Shown piece by piece: positions 1 through 9,233 of a stretch of DNA of 64,000 nucleotides. The position numbers were made by a program, and so were the translations under genes. The stretch covers positions 970,104 through 1,034,103 of the forward strand of contig CBDDCD010000001.1 in the NCBI GenBank assembly GCA_965226025.1, given 5' to 3'. The notes beneath the pieces are model-generated. The model did not search any database. It was not told where the DNA came from and worked only from the letters and a program-made list of their open reading frames with translations. Position 1 is the first letter of the stretch; every line of letters starts with the position of its first letter. This stretch comes from Candidatus Moanibacter sp. (GTDB lineage Bacteria > Verrucomicrobiota > Verrucomicrobiia > Opitutales > UBA2987).

Positions 1-1373
1 CCGAAAAGAAAAACTATCACCCCTCCCCTCTCCGCAACTTCCACCATCCCAGCATCCCGACGAACGCCACCACCACCAACAGCATCTCCCCCGGTTCCGG
101 GACCTCCCCATTTAAAATCGAATTCGGGAAGGTAGATCACGGTCTGCCCGTCATCCGAAAGCAACCACACCGAACCCGCCTCGATGCCGGAGACCGACAG
201 TCCAACCGGCAGGGTTGAAAGGATATTAATCGGATCAAACTTTCCGAGAAGCGGACCGAGGGCGCCGATTTGCAGGTTCTCTCCTCCATTGACCCCGAGC
301 AGGGGAGTCAGGTCGAGGTCCGCGGGTATATCGATGATGGGTAGGTCTAGCTGCGTTGAAAGCCGGATCCCGGCGATACCCAGGAGGTCGGGCGCAATCG
401 CCGAAGTGTCGACGACAAAACTCGGAAGCAGCGGCACCGCGCCTCCCTGCGCCCCGGTGTTCCTCACACCAGGAAAAAAGACGCTCACTTGCCCGTCCAC
501 CAGGGCGGCGATTTCGTACCAATCGTCGACCTGCGGGAAAAAGTCCTGATCGGCCGGAAACCAATCGTCGACATCGGGAAACCAGTCGTCAGTCGGCCCC
601 ACCCACTCGGCCAGCCCGTCCGCCCAATCCGCGGGTTGCGGGTACCAATCGTCGACCATGGGAACCCAATCGTTCGCAATTGGATGCAGGGCCAGGTCCT
701 TGACCGGACCGTCCCCGACATTGATCAGCGGGTCTCCCAGCGAGACCAAGGCTCCGTTCTCGAAGGTATCCGGGTTGACCTGCCAATCGTCGATATCGGG
801 AACTCCCACGATCCCTACGTTCCCCATATCCGTCCCGATTGCAATGAAGGGATCCTGGTACTCGAAGGTACCGTCGTCCACGTCCCGGATTCCCTCGACA
901 AAACTGGTGGCTGCTCCGACCCGGTCCATATCCCACGCAGGGGCGTGTGTGATGACTTCGCTGGGCAGCATAGCCGTTCCGTTCGTCCCCCAGATACCCC
1001 GCATCTCGACGATGTGTCCCGAATCGAGCAACACGAGTAGACTGTCCTGCTTCGTCACCGCCGAGACCATGACATCGACCGCCTGCCCGTTCACCCCCCA
1101 GATCCCGGTCCCGTCAATTGTGACCTCGATTCCGAAAGTTTCACCGGCGAGATGAATGCGGTCTTTTCCAACAGTGTCCGTATCGAACACATGTCTCGCC
1201 ACGATGCTCTGGTTGCCTTCCCCGTCACTCGTGAGAAACGCCACCTGGCGGGCTATTGGAGTCGACAGATTACCCGGCGCCACATCCTCAATCGTGATCA
1301 CCCCCAACACACTCGCCGGGATACCCAAAATCAAACACCCCAGCCCCAGGATCGATAGTTTCGTACTTCTCAT
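1..1373 (-). CDS. Secreted hypothetical protein with acidic Trp-rich heptad repeats (partial, runs off the left edge)
   Basis: Hand translation from ATG 1373 gives an uninterrupted frame to the window edge (over 450 aa). N-terminus MRSTKLSILGLGCLILGIPASVLG looks like a signal peptide. Absent from the ORF track, presumably because there is no stop in the window. Confidence 0.8.
   Translation of the reverse strand, partial: MRSTKLSILGLGCLILGIPASVLGVITIEDVAPGNLSTPIARQVAFLTSDGEGNQSIVARHVFDTDTVGKDRIHLAGETFGIEVTIDGTGIWGVNGQAVDVMVSAVTKQDSLLVLLDSGHIVEMRGIWGTNGTAMLPSEVITHAPAWDMDRVGAATSFVEGIRDVDDGTFEYQDPFIAIGTDMGNVGIVGVPDIDDWQVNPDTFENGALVSLGDPLINVGDGPVKDLALHPIANDWVPMVDDWYPQPADWADGLAEWVGPTDDWFPDVDDWFPADQDFFPQVDDWYEIAALVDGQVSVFFPGVRNTGAQGGAVPLLPSFVVDTSAIAPDLLGIAGIRLSTQLDLPIIDIPADLDLTPLLGVNGGENLQIGALGPLLGKFDPINILSTLPVGLSVSGIEAGSVWLLSDDGQTVIYLPEFDFKWGGPGTGGDAVGGGGVRRDAGMVEVAERGGVIVFLF
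516..683 (-). repeat. Eight tandem 21-nt (7-aa) coding repeats, consensus P-x-V-D-D-W-[FY]
   Basis: PIANDWV/PMVDDWY/PQPADWA/DGLAEWV/GPTDDWF/PDVDDWF/PADQDFF/PQVDDWY. Confidence 0.85.
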
Positions 1374-1635
1374 AAAGTCCTCCAGCCCCGACAGAATTAA
1401 CCCCGCAAAATCAATAATCTCGGAGACTCGCTGGATAGGGTCAAGGAAGAATCCCGTTTGCAATCGATCTCACCGGAATAAAACCCGAGTTTACATACGG
1501 GTTCTCTGCGAATCCCTCACTATTTCATCAAACCCGCGTAGCGCTTTCGAGTGGGCTGGCTTGACGGCGCTTTCATTCGGATTTCCGTCTCACTCCGCCG
1601 TGCCGTATCAAAGCGCTGTCAAGCCAGAGCACTCG

Positions 1636-1667
1636 AAAAAACTAGAAATCCGCCCCAGCGGATTTCT
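1636..1667 (-). terminator. Rho-independent terminator after tRNA-Arg
   Basis: 10-bp stem AGAAATCCGC/GCGGATTTCT with 4-nt loop, followed on the minus strand by a T6 tract. Confidence 0.85.
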
Positions 1668-1741
1668 CACGGGAGCTGGGATTCGAACCCAGGACCTACG
1701 GTTTAGAAGACCGTTGCTCTGTCCAGCTGAGCTACTCCCGC
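1668..1741 (-). tRNA. tRNA-Arg (anticodon TCT), CCA not encoded
   Basis: Minus strand GCGGGAG acceptor pairing with CTCCCGT, D arm TAGCTCAGCTGGACAGAGC, anticodon loop CTTCTAA, T arm GGTTCGAATCC. Confidence 0.97.
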
Positions 1742-2355
1742 CGAATTAGGGATCGTGCAATCTAATCCTTCGATGGGGGATGGGAAGTCAATTCTGTCAC
1801 TGTGGCAGTCGCTCGTAGCGGGGTGGGAATTACGAATGAGACGCGGTCCCTCCATCTTGGGTGCACTTCTTTGTCGCGAGCCTTGGCGCGAGCTTTGTCG
1901 ACCCGCCACTATGAACGTCAGTCAAGGGTAGTTGAAAGTCTCCCGTCTATCGAAAGACTCAAAAATCGGAAGATTTGGGGGTACGATCTGAGATGATTCA
2001 TGACTCCTACTCTGGTTAGATATCGACAAAGCAATGTCCGGGCCGCGGGTGGCCTTTTTAACAGGACGAAACTATTGTGTTTCAGGTGGCTTCGTGGAGT
2101 GCTTCGAGCTTCGATTACGCTTAAGATTGCGAATTTCGATTGCCCTTTGCTGATCTCCTTCTCCCCTCAATCGACCAGCCCAATCGCAAGCGTAATCGAC
2201 CTCCGATCTTTCGAGTGCACGATTGGGTGGACAACGTGAGGAAATACTGCAAGGGCGGCCGCTGTCGTGCACTCAATCGTGCACTGTGATCGCAGGGATA
2301 GAACCTGGAAGTTTCAGGAGAGTTTAAAGTATCGCCACACTGGTCGTGCCGGAGC

Positions 2356-3099
2356 CTACGCCACCCCCTCCCCAACCCCCATCTCCGTCTTCTTCGGCAG
2401 CACGATCGTCAGCACGAACTCTTCCAACACCCAGCTCTGGAACTTGTACTGCCCGAAATTCCGAAACTTGCCACCGCAGAACGAGCCTTCCTGGACCGGT
2501 TCGCTGATGGCATAGACCTCGAAAGGCGTCATCATCCCACAACGGACAACCTTTGAAAGCGCTTCCTTGGCGGTCCAGATAACTGTAGCCCGGTGCGTAT
2601 CAGTGAGCTCCCACTTATCCGCGAGCGCCAACTCATCGTCGAGGATCTGGCTCTTCATGACATCGACTTTGGAATCTCGAGCCATTTCCATATCAACGGC
2701 CATGGGGTGTTCCTCGGGAAACGAAAGAGCACATGCGTATGAATCCGAATGACTGATGCTCACCCCTGCGTGCTCGTGCGAGACATAGCGCACCACCGGT
2801 TGGGTGAAGACTCCCGTGGCGATTTCGATCTCCGCCAGGACTGGTTCGTTAAGCTGTTTTGACAACGCCCTCTTGCCCGCGTAGCGGCCGAGCAGATAGC
2901 TGCATCGCCGCTTGTCATACTTGAGAGTTTGAAAATAGCTCAGCTCCTCCCGGTGGAGAATACGGTCGCAATCTTTGTCCAGGTCCGAAAACTGCGACTC
3001 ATGGGCACAGGCTAGGAATCCTCGACGAACTCGATCTTCCCGGCGAAGAGTCAGCGGCCAGCAGCGGCTGGTGAGAAAATCTTCGGAGGAGAATTCCAT
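2356..3099 (-). CDS. 4'-phosphopantetheinyl transferase (Sfp-like)
   Basis: Motifs SYLLGRYAGK, VSISHS, AVDME, WTAKEALSK. Confidence 0.9.
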   Translation of the reverse strand: MEFSSEDFLTSRCWPLTLRREDRVRRGFLACAHESQFSDLDKDCDRILHREELSYFQTLKYDKRRCSYLLGRYAGKRALSKQLNEPVLAEIEIATGVFTQPVVRYVSHEHAGVSISHSDSYACALSFPEEHPMAVDMEMARDSKVDVMKSQILDDELALADKWELTDTHRATVIWTAKEALSKVVRCGMMTPFEVYAISEPVQEGSFCGGKFRNFGQYKFQSWVLEEFVLTIVLPKKTEMGVGEGVA

Positions 3100-3162
3100 G
3101 CAATCGAAATCCTTACGGATTCCGCTACGACAATCAATGACAGGTTAAGGATACAGGAAGAC

Positions 3163-3269
3163 GGCGATTACAAATCCGCCCCCACCTGAATTCGGAGTCT
3201 TTCGTGGAGCAGATTTGTAATCTGCTCAGCCGCGCATCAGTCAAACGGCAGATTGAAAATCTGCCCCAC
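3163..3269. repeat. Cluster of three REP-like palindromes
   Basis: GGCGATTACAAATCCGCCCCCAC, GTGGAGCAGATTTGTAATCTGCTC, GGCAGATTGAAAATCTGCCCCAC in alternating orientation, each with a CCAC/GTGG tail. Confidence 0.75.
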
Positions 3270-3381
3270 GGGCTTCCACCCTCCGTAGACCCGGCTTGCC
3301 GGGACGGAGGACGGGCCGCCCCTCAGTAGTCGAACTGCAAGTTCATTGACCTGATATGGAAACCACTACCTACTCAACCTG

Positions 3382-4362
3382 GTGACCCAACTCAGACTCG
3401 GAATCGTCGGATCCGGAGGAATGGCCCGCCGGCGGGCTCGGAACTTCAGTGAATTGCCCGACACCAAGGTTACCTCGATCGCGGCGAGAAACCCGGAGAC
3501 CGGAAAGGCCCTGGCCGACGAGATCGGTTGTGATCTCTGTTCTGACTGGCGGGGTCTCATAGACAGCACGGAATTCGATGCGGTAGTCGTCTGCACCCAC
3601 AATGCCCTCCATGGCGAAATCGTTACGACCGCGCTGGAAAACGGCATCCATGTATTTACGGAGTACCCGATTGCCCGGCATCGATTCGAAATCGGGCAGA
3701 TTCAGGAGTTAACGAAAGGTCCATGCGCTGTCCTAAGGGTCGCTCACTCCGAGAATGTGTCGCTCGAGCACCGAAAGCTTCGAACGGAAATAGAAAACAT
3801 GGGAGAACTGATCGCTTCGGTATTTCTGCGGTTGACTCCCGGACGCGGCGCGCGACCTGAAGTGCTGTTCAATCTCAATCAATCCGGACCCCCGGCCCTT
3901 TTCTTCGTCTATCAAGTCTATCCCCTGATCGACTTATTCGGACCCGCCGTCTGGGTAGAGTCCCATGCGAGCTACACAGACCTTCGGGAGGACGGAGGCT
4001 ACGACAGTTTCCTCAACACCCTGACGGTCGGATTCGAAAAGGCCGGAATCGCTCAATGGACCTGGGCCGGAGGAATCGCGATCGGCGCTGCCGAACAATT
4101 CGAGCGCATTGTCCTCTCCGGAGGAACATTGGCTTACGAAAACGGGGATTGGACAGTTTCAAGTAAGGATTCAGAGAAGAAGCTGGATCCGCCCGAGGGA
4201 GACAGTGAAAGCCTTGAAGAACAGTTTTTGCGTGAGGTCTCGGGTAAAGAAGAGTCGTGGAGGCGGGAAACTGAAACGGCGCTCCATGCTGCCGAGATCG
4301 GCATCGCAGCCGAGGAAGCGGCGGCTGGGGAGCGGAGGATAAATCTGCCACTGAGTGACTGA
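3382..4362 (+). CDS. Gfo/Idh/MocA family oxidoreductase
   Basis: N-terminal Rossmann GIVGSGGMA, DAVVVCT..H, HVFTEYP motif. Confidence 0.9.
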   Translation: MTQLRLGIVGSGGMARRRARNFSELPDTKVTSIAARNPETGKALADEIGCDLCSDWRGLIDSTEFDAVVVCTHNALHGEIVTTALENGIHVFTEYPIARHRFEIGQIQELTKGPCAVLRVAHSENVSLEHRKLRTEIENMGELIASVFLRLTPGRGARPEVLFNLNQSGPPALFFVYQVYPLIDLFGPAVWVESHASYTDLREDGGYDSFLNTLTVGFEKAGIAQWTWAGGIAIGAAEQFERIVLSGGTLAYENGDWTVSSKDSEKKLDPPEGDSESLEEQFLREVSGKEESWRRETETALHAAEIGIAAEEAAAGERRINLPLSD

Positions 4363-4439
4363 ACATCGGTCGGCTCATTAGGCTTGGCACTTTACTATCT
4401 AAAGCGCTACACTGTCTTAGAGGATCAATCTATTAATTC

Positions 4440-5357
4440 ATGAAAGACACAGAGACGCTTGCGGTTGCGGAGGCCGAGTCCTTGCTGAGCGAGGACGAAG
4501 TCGAGTTCTACCATGAGAACGGCTATCTTGCCGTTTCCCAGGTTTTGAGCCAGGAGGAAGTCGAGGAACTTCGGACGACCATCGATGAATTTGTCGAGAA
4601 GTCTCGCGAGATAACCGAAAACGATGCCGTCTTTGATCTCGAACCATCGCATTCCTTCCAAAATCCTCGTTTGCGACGTCTCAAGAGTCCGTCTCAACAG
4701 CATCCCGTCTTTGAAAAGATAAGGAGGCATGATCGCATTCTCGACATTGTCTCCCAGCTCATCGGTCCCGATATCTACACGAACGGCGATAAGATGAACA
4801 TGAAGCTACCCGATGTCGGCAGCCCGGTTGAGTGGCACCAGGATTGGGCATTCTATCCTCACACCAACGACGACATTCTCGCCGTCGGCATCACCCTCGA
4901 TGAATCGACCCGAAAGAACGGCTGTCTCATGGTCATTCCGGGCTCCCACAAGGGTCCCATTCTCGATCACCATCAAGACGGACACTTTGTCGGCGCCGTC
5001 ACGGAACACGACTTTGACCTGGGCAACGCCGTTCCAATCGAACTCGATCCTGGCGATATTTCCATTCATCACGTCCGTGCTCTGCACGGTTCCATGCCAA
5101 ACACTTCGGGTGTGGCTCGACGCCTTCTTCTGATTCAATACGGTGCCCTCGATGCCTGGCCGCTCCAGTCTCCGCCGAACTGGCGGACTGATCCGGATGC
5201 CTACAATGCCGGCGTTCTACGGGGGCAACCCAATTTCCAACCGAGATTGACGGATGTTCCCGTCCGGCTACCTCTTCCTCCCTCCAAGCGCGGAGGTTCG
5301 ATTTACGAGACTCAGCTCGAATTAAGGGCATCAACCTTCGGAAACGCGCGGCCTTAG
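4440..5357 (+). CDS. Phytanoyl-CoA dioxygenase (PhyH) family Fe(II)/2OG dioxygenase
   Basis: FYHENGYL start, WHQD, CLMVIPGSHK, LHGS..N..R motifs. Confidence 0.93.
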   Translation: MKDTETLAVAEAESLLSEDEVEFYHENGYLAVSQVLSQEEVEELRTTIDEFVEKSREITENDAVFDLEPSHSFQNPRLRRLKSPSQQHPVFEKIRRHDRILDIVSQLIGPDIYTNGDKMNMKLPDVGSPVEWHQDWAFYPHTNDDILAVGITLDESTRKNGCLMVIPGSHKGPILDHHQDGHFVGAVTEHDFDLGNAVPIELDPGDISIHHVRALHGSMPNTSGVARRLLLIQYGALDAWPLQSPPNWRTDPDAYNAGVLRGQPNFQPRLTDVPVRLPLPPSKRGGSIYETQLELRASTFGNARP

Positions 5358-5470
5358 TCAGGAAATCTGACAACGGCTAAGGTCCTTCGAGTCAGTTGAG
5401 GCCCCCGACCGATCCCGCCTAGCGGGATTGTGGGAACGAACGGGTTGGAGACTATCTCTATCCAAGAAGA

Positions 5471-5534
5471 CGAAATGCTCACGCATTCCGCTACGAGCAC
5501 CGATAGGGATGTAGCGGAATGCGTGAGCATTTCG
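5471..5534. repeat. Perfect 24-bp inverted repeat (REP-like); a 20-nt copy of one arm recurs at 27032-27051
   Basis: CGAAATGCTCACGCATTCCGCTAC - 16 nt - GTAGCGGAATGCGTGAGCATTTCG. Confidence 0.85.
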
Positions 5535-5609
5535 ACGAACTTGCCGTTGCTTTCTTAATCCGTTGTGCATGAGAAAGAGGATGACGAAGAGGAAGATTTT
5601 TGCGTTTCC

Positions 5610-6881
5610 ATGTACCTGACCTACCTTCGTTTCCTCATCCCTCTGGCTGTTACCGTTATCGCCTTCGATTTGGGCGGACCGCTGGTCAACAGCGGTATGG
5701 CTCGTCTCCCGGAATCGAAGGAAACTTTGGCTGCGTTCGGTTTGGCATGGACCCTGATGCTTTTCCTATTCAATCCGCTCCAACAGGTGAGTCAGCTGGG
5801 GCTCGTCCTGGCCGGTAGCGCGAAGGCAAAACGGAAGATCCAGAAATTTGTCCTCTTGGTCTGTCTTTCCCTCTCTGTCGCCTTGACTCTGTTTGTCTTC
5901 ACCCCGATTGGGATGTGGTTTCTGGAAGACCTCCATCGTGTTGATAGGGATCTCGGGCAGTCGGCTCGATCCGCCGTCATGGCTTTGATTCCCCTGCCGA
6001 TTATCATCGGTATGACGAGCTACCACTCCGGTCTCCTCATGCGCGCTCACAGCACAGCCCCGATCTGCTACGCCACCTTCGCCAATATTGGGGTAAGTCT
6101 TCTCTCCGTCTTCCTTCTCCTTCGATTCGAATCCATCCAGAGTCATCCCATTCGGCTGCCCATTTATGTCATTTACATGGGTTCGATGGCCGAACTTACG
6201 ATTATACTCTTCGGTTATCGGAGATTCGCCCGGCCGATTCTGGCCGAAGCCCGCGCTCCCTTCGTCTCTCACTACCGCTCAATGCGATTCTTTTTTCCCC
6301 TCGCCACTGTCATGGCGTTGCAGGGGATCAGCCGTCCAATAATAAACCTATTTGTCTCTCGCGGACCCGATGGTGTTACCGCTCTTGCGGTTGTCGCGGT
6401 AGCCTATTCTCTCGGCAGTGTCCCCTACGGCTGGCTCAATAACCTGAAGTCGCTTGTTCCCGCGTTCGCCGGATGGGAAGACAGCCGGCGCTCAATCCTA
6501 AGATTCTGCCTCGTCTGCGGAGTTGGTTCGTTTTTTCTTGCCTCCCTTCTTTTTCTCACTCCATTGAGGGACTACCTTCTACTTCGGATCATCGCTCTGG
6601 ACCCGGAAATTGCTTCCCTCTGCGCCCTCCCTCTCATTCTCTCTGCATTTCTTCCTCCTACCGTCCTATTTCGCGCCTACTATCATGGAATCGCGATGGC
6701 CGAGCAACGTACACAGCTCCTTGCTCCCAGCGGACCGACTCGCATTGCAGCCACCATCCTGATTTTGGTCGCGCTTCCCCAGACCGGACTCCACGGAGCC
6801 GCGATCGGCATCGCCGCCCTTCTGGGCGGATTCATTTTTGAGACCATCGTAGTCGTTTGGATGGTAGCAAGGAACACATGA
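5610..6881 (+). CDS. ANKH-like (MATE-fold) polytopic membrane transporter
   Basis: About 12 hydrophobic segments. [41 protein letters not shown] and PYGWL match segments of vertebrate ANKH as I recall them. Start moved to MYLTYLRF because the upstream HEKEDDEEED is a dispersed repeat. Confidence 0.75.
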   Translation: [423 protein letters not shown]

Positions 6882-6912
6882 CAAGATGGAAAGAAACGAC
6901 GCAAACTAAGAT

Positions 6913-8043
6913 ATGAAGAGTAGATCGAGAATCGGGGTTGTTGGGACCGGATTTATCTCGCGAGGGTTTGTAAATGCGTTCCGAGACGAGTCGGACGTAG
7001 AGATCACAAAAGTTTTGACACGTAGGAAGATTGCGGAATGCGGTGAGTTCCCCGAATCCGGTATTTTGACAGATTCGATTAGCGAGCTGGTTGCCAATGC
7101 CGACCTGGTTGTCGAGTGCAGTGGCGATGTGGTTCACGCCACCGAAGTGATAGACCTTGCGCTAAGAGAGCAACTTCCGGTGGTGACTATGAACTCCGAG
7201 TTTCAGGTAACCTGCGGGTCCTATTTCGCCGAGCGGGGACTCATTACCGAAGCGGAGGGCGACCAACCCGGTTGTCTCGCAGCTCTCGACGAAAATATCT
7301 CTCAGATGGGTTTCAAACCTTGTGTCTTCGGCAATATCAAGGGCTTCCTCAATCATTATCCGTCAATTCAGGAGATGCATTTCTGGTCGCAGAAGCAGGG
7401 GATCAGCATGCCTCAAGTGGTTTCATTTACGGACGGGACTAAGATCCAAATTGAGCAAGCCTTGGTGGCAAACGGATTGGGCGCGACATTGGCGAAGCCG
7501 GGAATGCTTGGAATCGAATCCGAGGATGTTAACACGGGCGCCCTGGTGCTGGCCCAGGCAGCCTCGCGTGTGGGACAACCGATCAGTGACTACATCCTCT
7601 CTCCGAAGTCGCCCCATGGTGTCTTCATAGTGGCCGAGCATGATGGGGAACAGCGTAGCGCTCTGCAGTATTTTAAGCTCGGGGCCGGACCCTACTACGT
7701 GTTGATCCAGAACTTCATCCTCTGCCATCTCGAAACCTTAAAGACCGTTCGGCGTGTTCTTAAGGGAGAAGCAGCCCTGCTCAATAATTCTTCATCTCCA
7801 ACCATCGGAGTCTATGCCGTCGCGAAAAAGACTCTGGCCAAGGGAGAGAGGATTGGGAAGGCCATCGGAAGTTTCGAAGTACGTGGAATCGCAGAACCGA
7901 TCGCGGAGAACGAAGAGTCCATACCCATTGGGCTCCTGGAGAACGCCATTGTCCTGGAACCGATTGAACAGGGCCAAAAAATCCGTTTCACAGATGTTGG
8001 AATTCCCGACAGCCTGGCCAAACGGATCGCATCGGAACAGTGA
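6913..8043 (+). CDS. NAD(P)-dependent oxidoreductase with C-terminal SAF domain (COG4091-like)
   Basis: GVVGTGFI, EGDQPG, SFTDGTKIQIEQALVANGLG, C-terminal AVAKKTLAKGERI..IPIGLLE SAF-like region. Confidence 0.8.
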   Translation: MKSRSRIGVVGTGFISRGFVNAFRDESDVEITKVLTRRKIAECGEFPESGILTDSISELVANADLVVECSGDVVHATEVIDLALREQLPVVTMNSEFQVTCGSYFAERGLITEAEGDQPGCLAALDENISQMGFKPCVFGNIKGFLNHYPSIQEMHFWSQKQGISMPQVVSFTDGTKIQIEQALVANGLGATLAKPGMLGIESEDVNTGALVLAQAASRVGQPISDYILSPKSPHGVFIVAEHDGEQRSALQYFKLGAGPYYVLIQNFILCHLETLKTVRRVLKGEAALLNNSSSPTIGVYAVAKKTLAKGERIGKAIGSFEVRGIAEPIAENEESIPIGLLENAIVLEPIEQGQKIRFTDVGIPDSLAKRIASEQ

Positions 8044-8921
8044 AAGGAATCATTCTCGCGGGAGGAAGGGGCACTCGACTCTACCCTCTTACCCAAGTCG
8101 TCAGCAAGCAACTGTTGCCGGTCTACGACAAGCCCGTGATCTACTACCCACTGACAACGCTGATGCTGACCGAAATCCGGGAATTTCTGATAATAAGCAC
8201 GCCCGAGGATCTCCCCGCGATTCGATCCCTGTTGGGTGATGGCAGCCCACTCGGAATCCAAATCACCTACGCTGAGCAACCCGTACCGGGTGGAATTGCT
8301 CAATCACTGTTGATCGGCGCCTCTTTTACCCGGAACGAAAGTGTAGCCCTGATCCTGGGTGATAATCTCTTCTTTGGGGATTCTCTTGTAGAACAGTTAA
8401 AGCGGGCGATGCAATTGGAGAGCGGCGCCGTGATCTTCACTCGGAAAGTAGCCGACCCCAAGGCCTACGGCCTCGCCGAATTAAGCTCCGGCGGAAAGGT
8501 GCTCTCCCTGATAGAAAAGCCTCAGAACCCGATTTCCGATCTCGCCGTTACCGGCCTTTACCTATTCGACGCGAGGGCCTGTTCGCTGGCGTCCCAACTC
8601 CTTCCCTCGTTGCGCGGCGAACTGGAAATCCTCGACCTTCTGGAAATCTACCGGCAGGAGGATTCCCTGACCGCCGAGATTCTTGGGAAGGATACGTCCT
8701 GGTTTGATGTCGGGACGGTCCAGAACCTCCACGAAGCAAGCCGCTATGTGGCAGAAAAACAGAATGCGAGCGGGCAGCTCCTTGGGAGCATAGAAGGGAC
8801 TGCTTGTCGATTGGGTCTGATCAGCGAATCTCAGCTCCAGCAGCTTGCCTTGCCCCTGGCGCAATCGCAATATGGGCAATTACTTCTAGAGACGATTGAA
8901 GATAAGGCAACCCTCCCCTGA
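8040..8921 (+). CDS. rfbA: Glucose-1-phosphate thymidylyltransferase
   Basis: KGIILAGGRGTRLYPLT..SKQLLPVYDKP, LILGDNLF, RGELEI, WFDVGT. Confidence 0.95.
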   Translation: MKGIILAGGRGTRLYPLTQVVSKQLLPVYDKPVIYYPLTTLMLTEIREFLIISTPEDLPAIRSLLGDGSPLGIQITYAEQPVPGGIAQSLLIGASFTRNESVALILGDNLFFGDSLVEQLKRAMQLESGAVIFTRKVADPKAYGLAELSSGGKVLSLIEKPQNPISDLAVTGLYLFDARACSLASQLLPSLRGELEILDLLEIYRQEDSLTAEILGKDTSWFDVGTVQNLHEASRYVAEKQNASGQLLGSIEGTACRLGLISESQLQQLALPLAQSQYGQLLLETIEDKATLP

Positions 8922-8949
8922 CTCCTGCTCCCAGTTCTTCCTTGGAAGG

Positions 8950-9083
8950 GGTACCCACCCCGCCCTTCCGTCTTCACACTGCGTTCTTCGCCGAGACGTG
9001 ACGGGCACCCCTCCGAGGAGGGGATCGTAGCAGTGAGCAGCTATTCAGGAACTTCCCCTCCTCGGAGGGGCTAGGGGCGGGTT
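8950..9083. repeat. Intergenic inverted repeat containing CCCCTCC-N-AGGGG palindromic units; related unit at 21852-21883
   Basis: CCCCTCCGAGGAGGGG / CCCCTCCTCGGAGGGG arms; TCCCCTCCTCGGAGGGGCTAGGGGCGGGTTGC resembles TCCCCTCCTTGCAGGGGTCGGGGGTGGGTTGC. Confidence 0.65.
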
Positions 9084-9233
9084 GCCCTATTTCCCGAGAC
9101 GGCTTGGTTGAAACTATGTGCAATTGTCCTCTTGAAATCTGATTATCATTAGTGTTTAGTTGGTTTCGTTCTATTGTTACCCAGAAATTGCGATTTGGCG
9201 GGGGAATTACAGGGGGAAGGAATACTTACCTGA

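Noticed and set aside
184-1358. Plus-strand ORFs such as 489-1040 in the ORF track
   Set aside because: They are antisense shadows of the long minus-strand gene.
1668-1741. tRNA-Arg as a prophage or island attachment site
   Set aside because: No integrase and no duplicated tRNA 3' end seen in the window.
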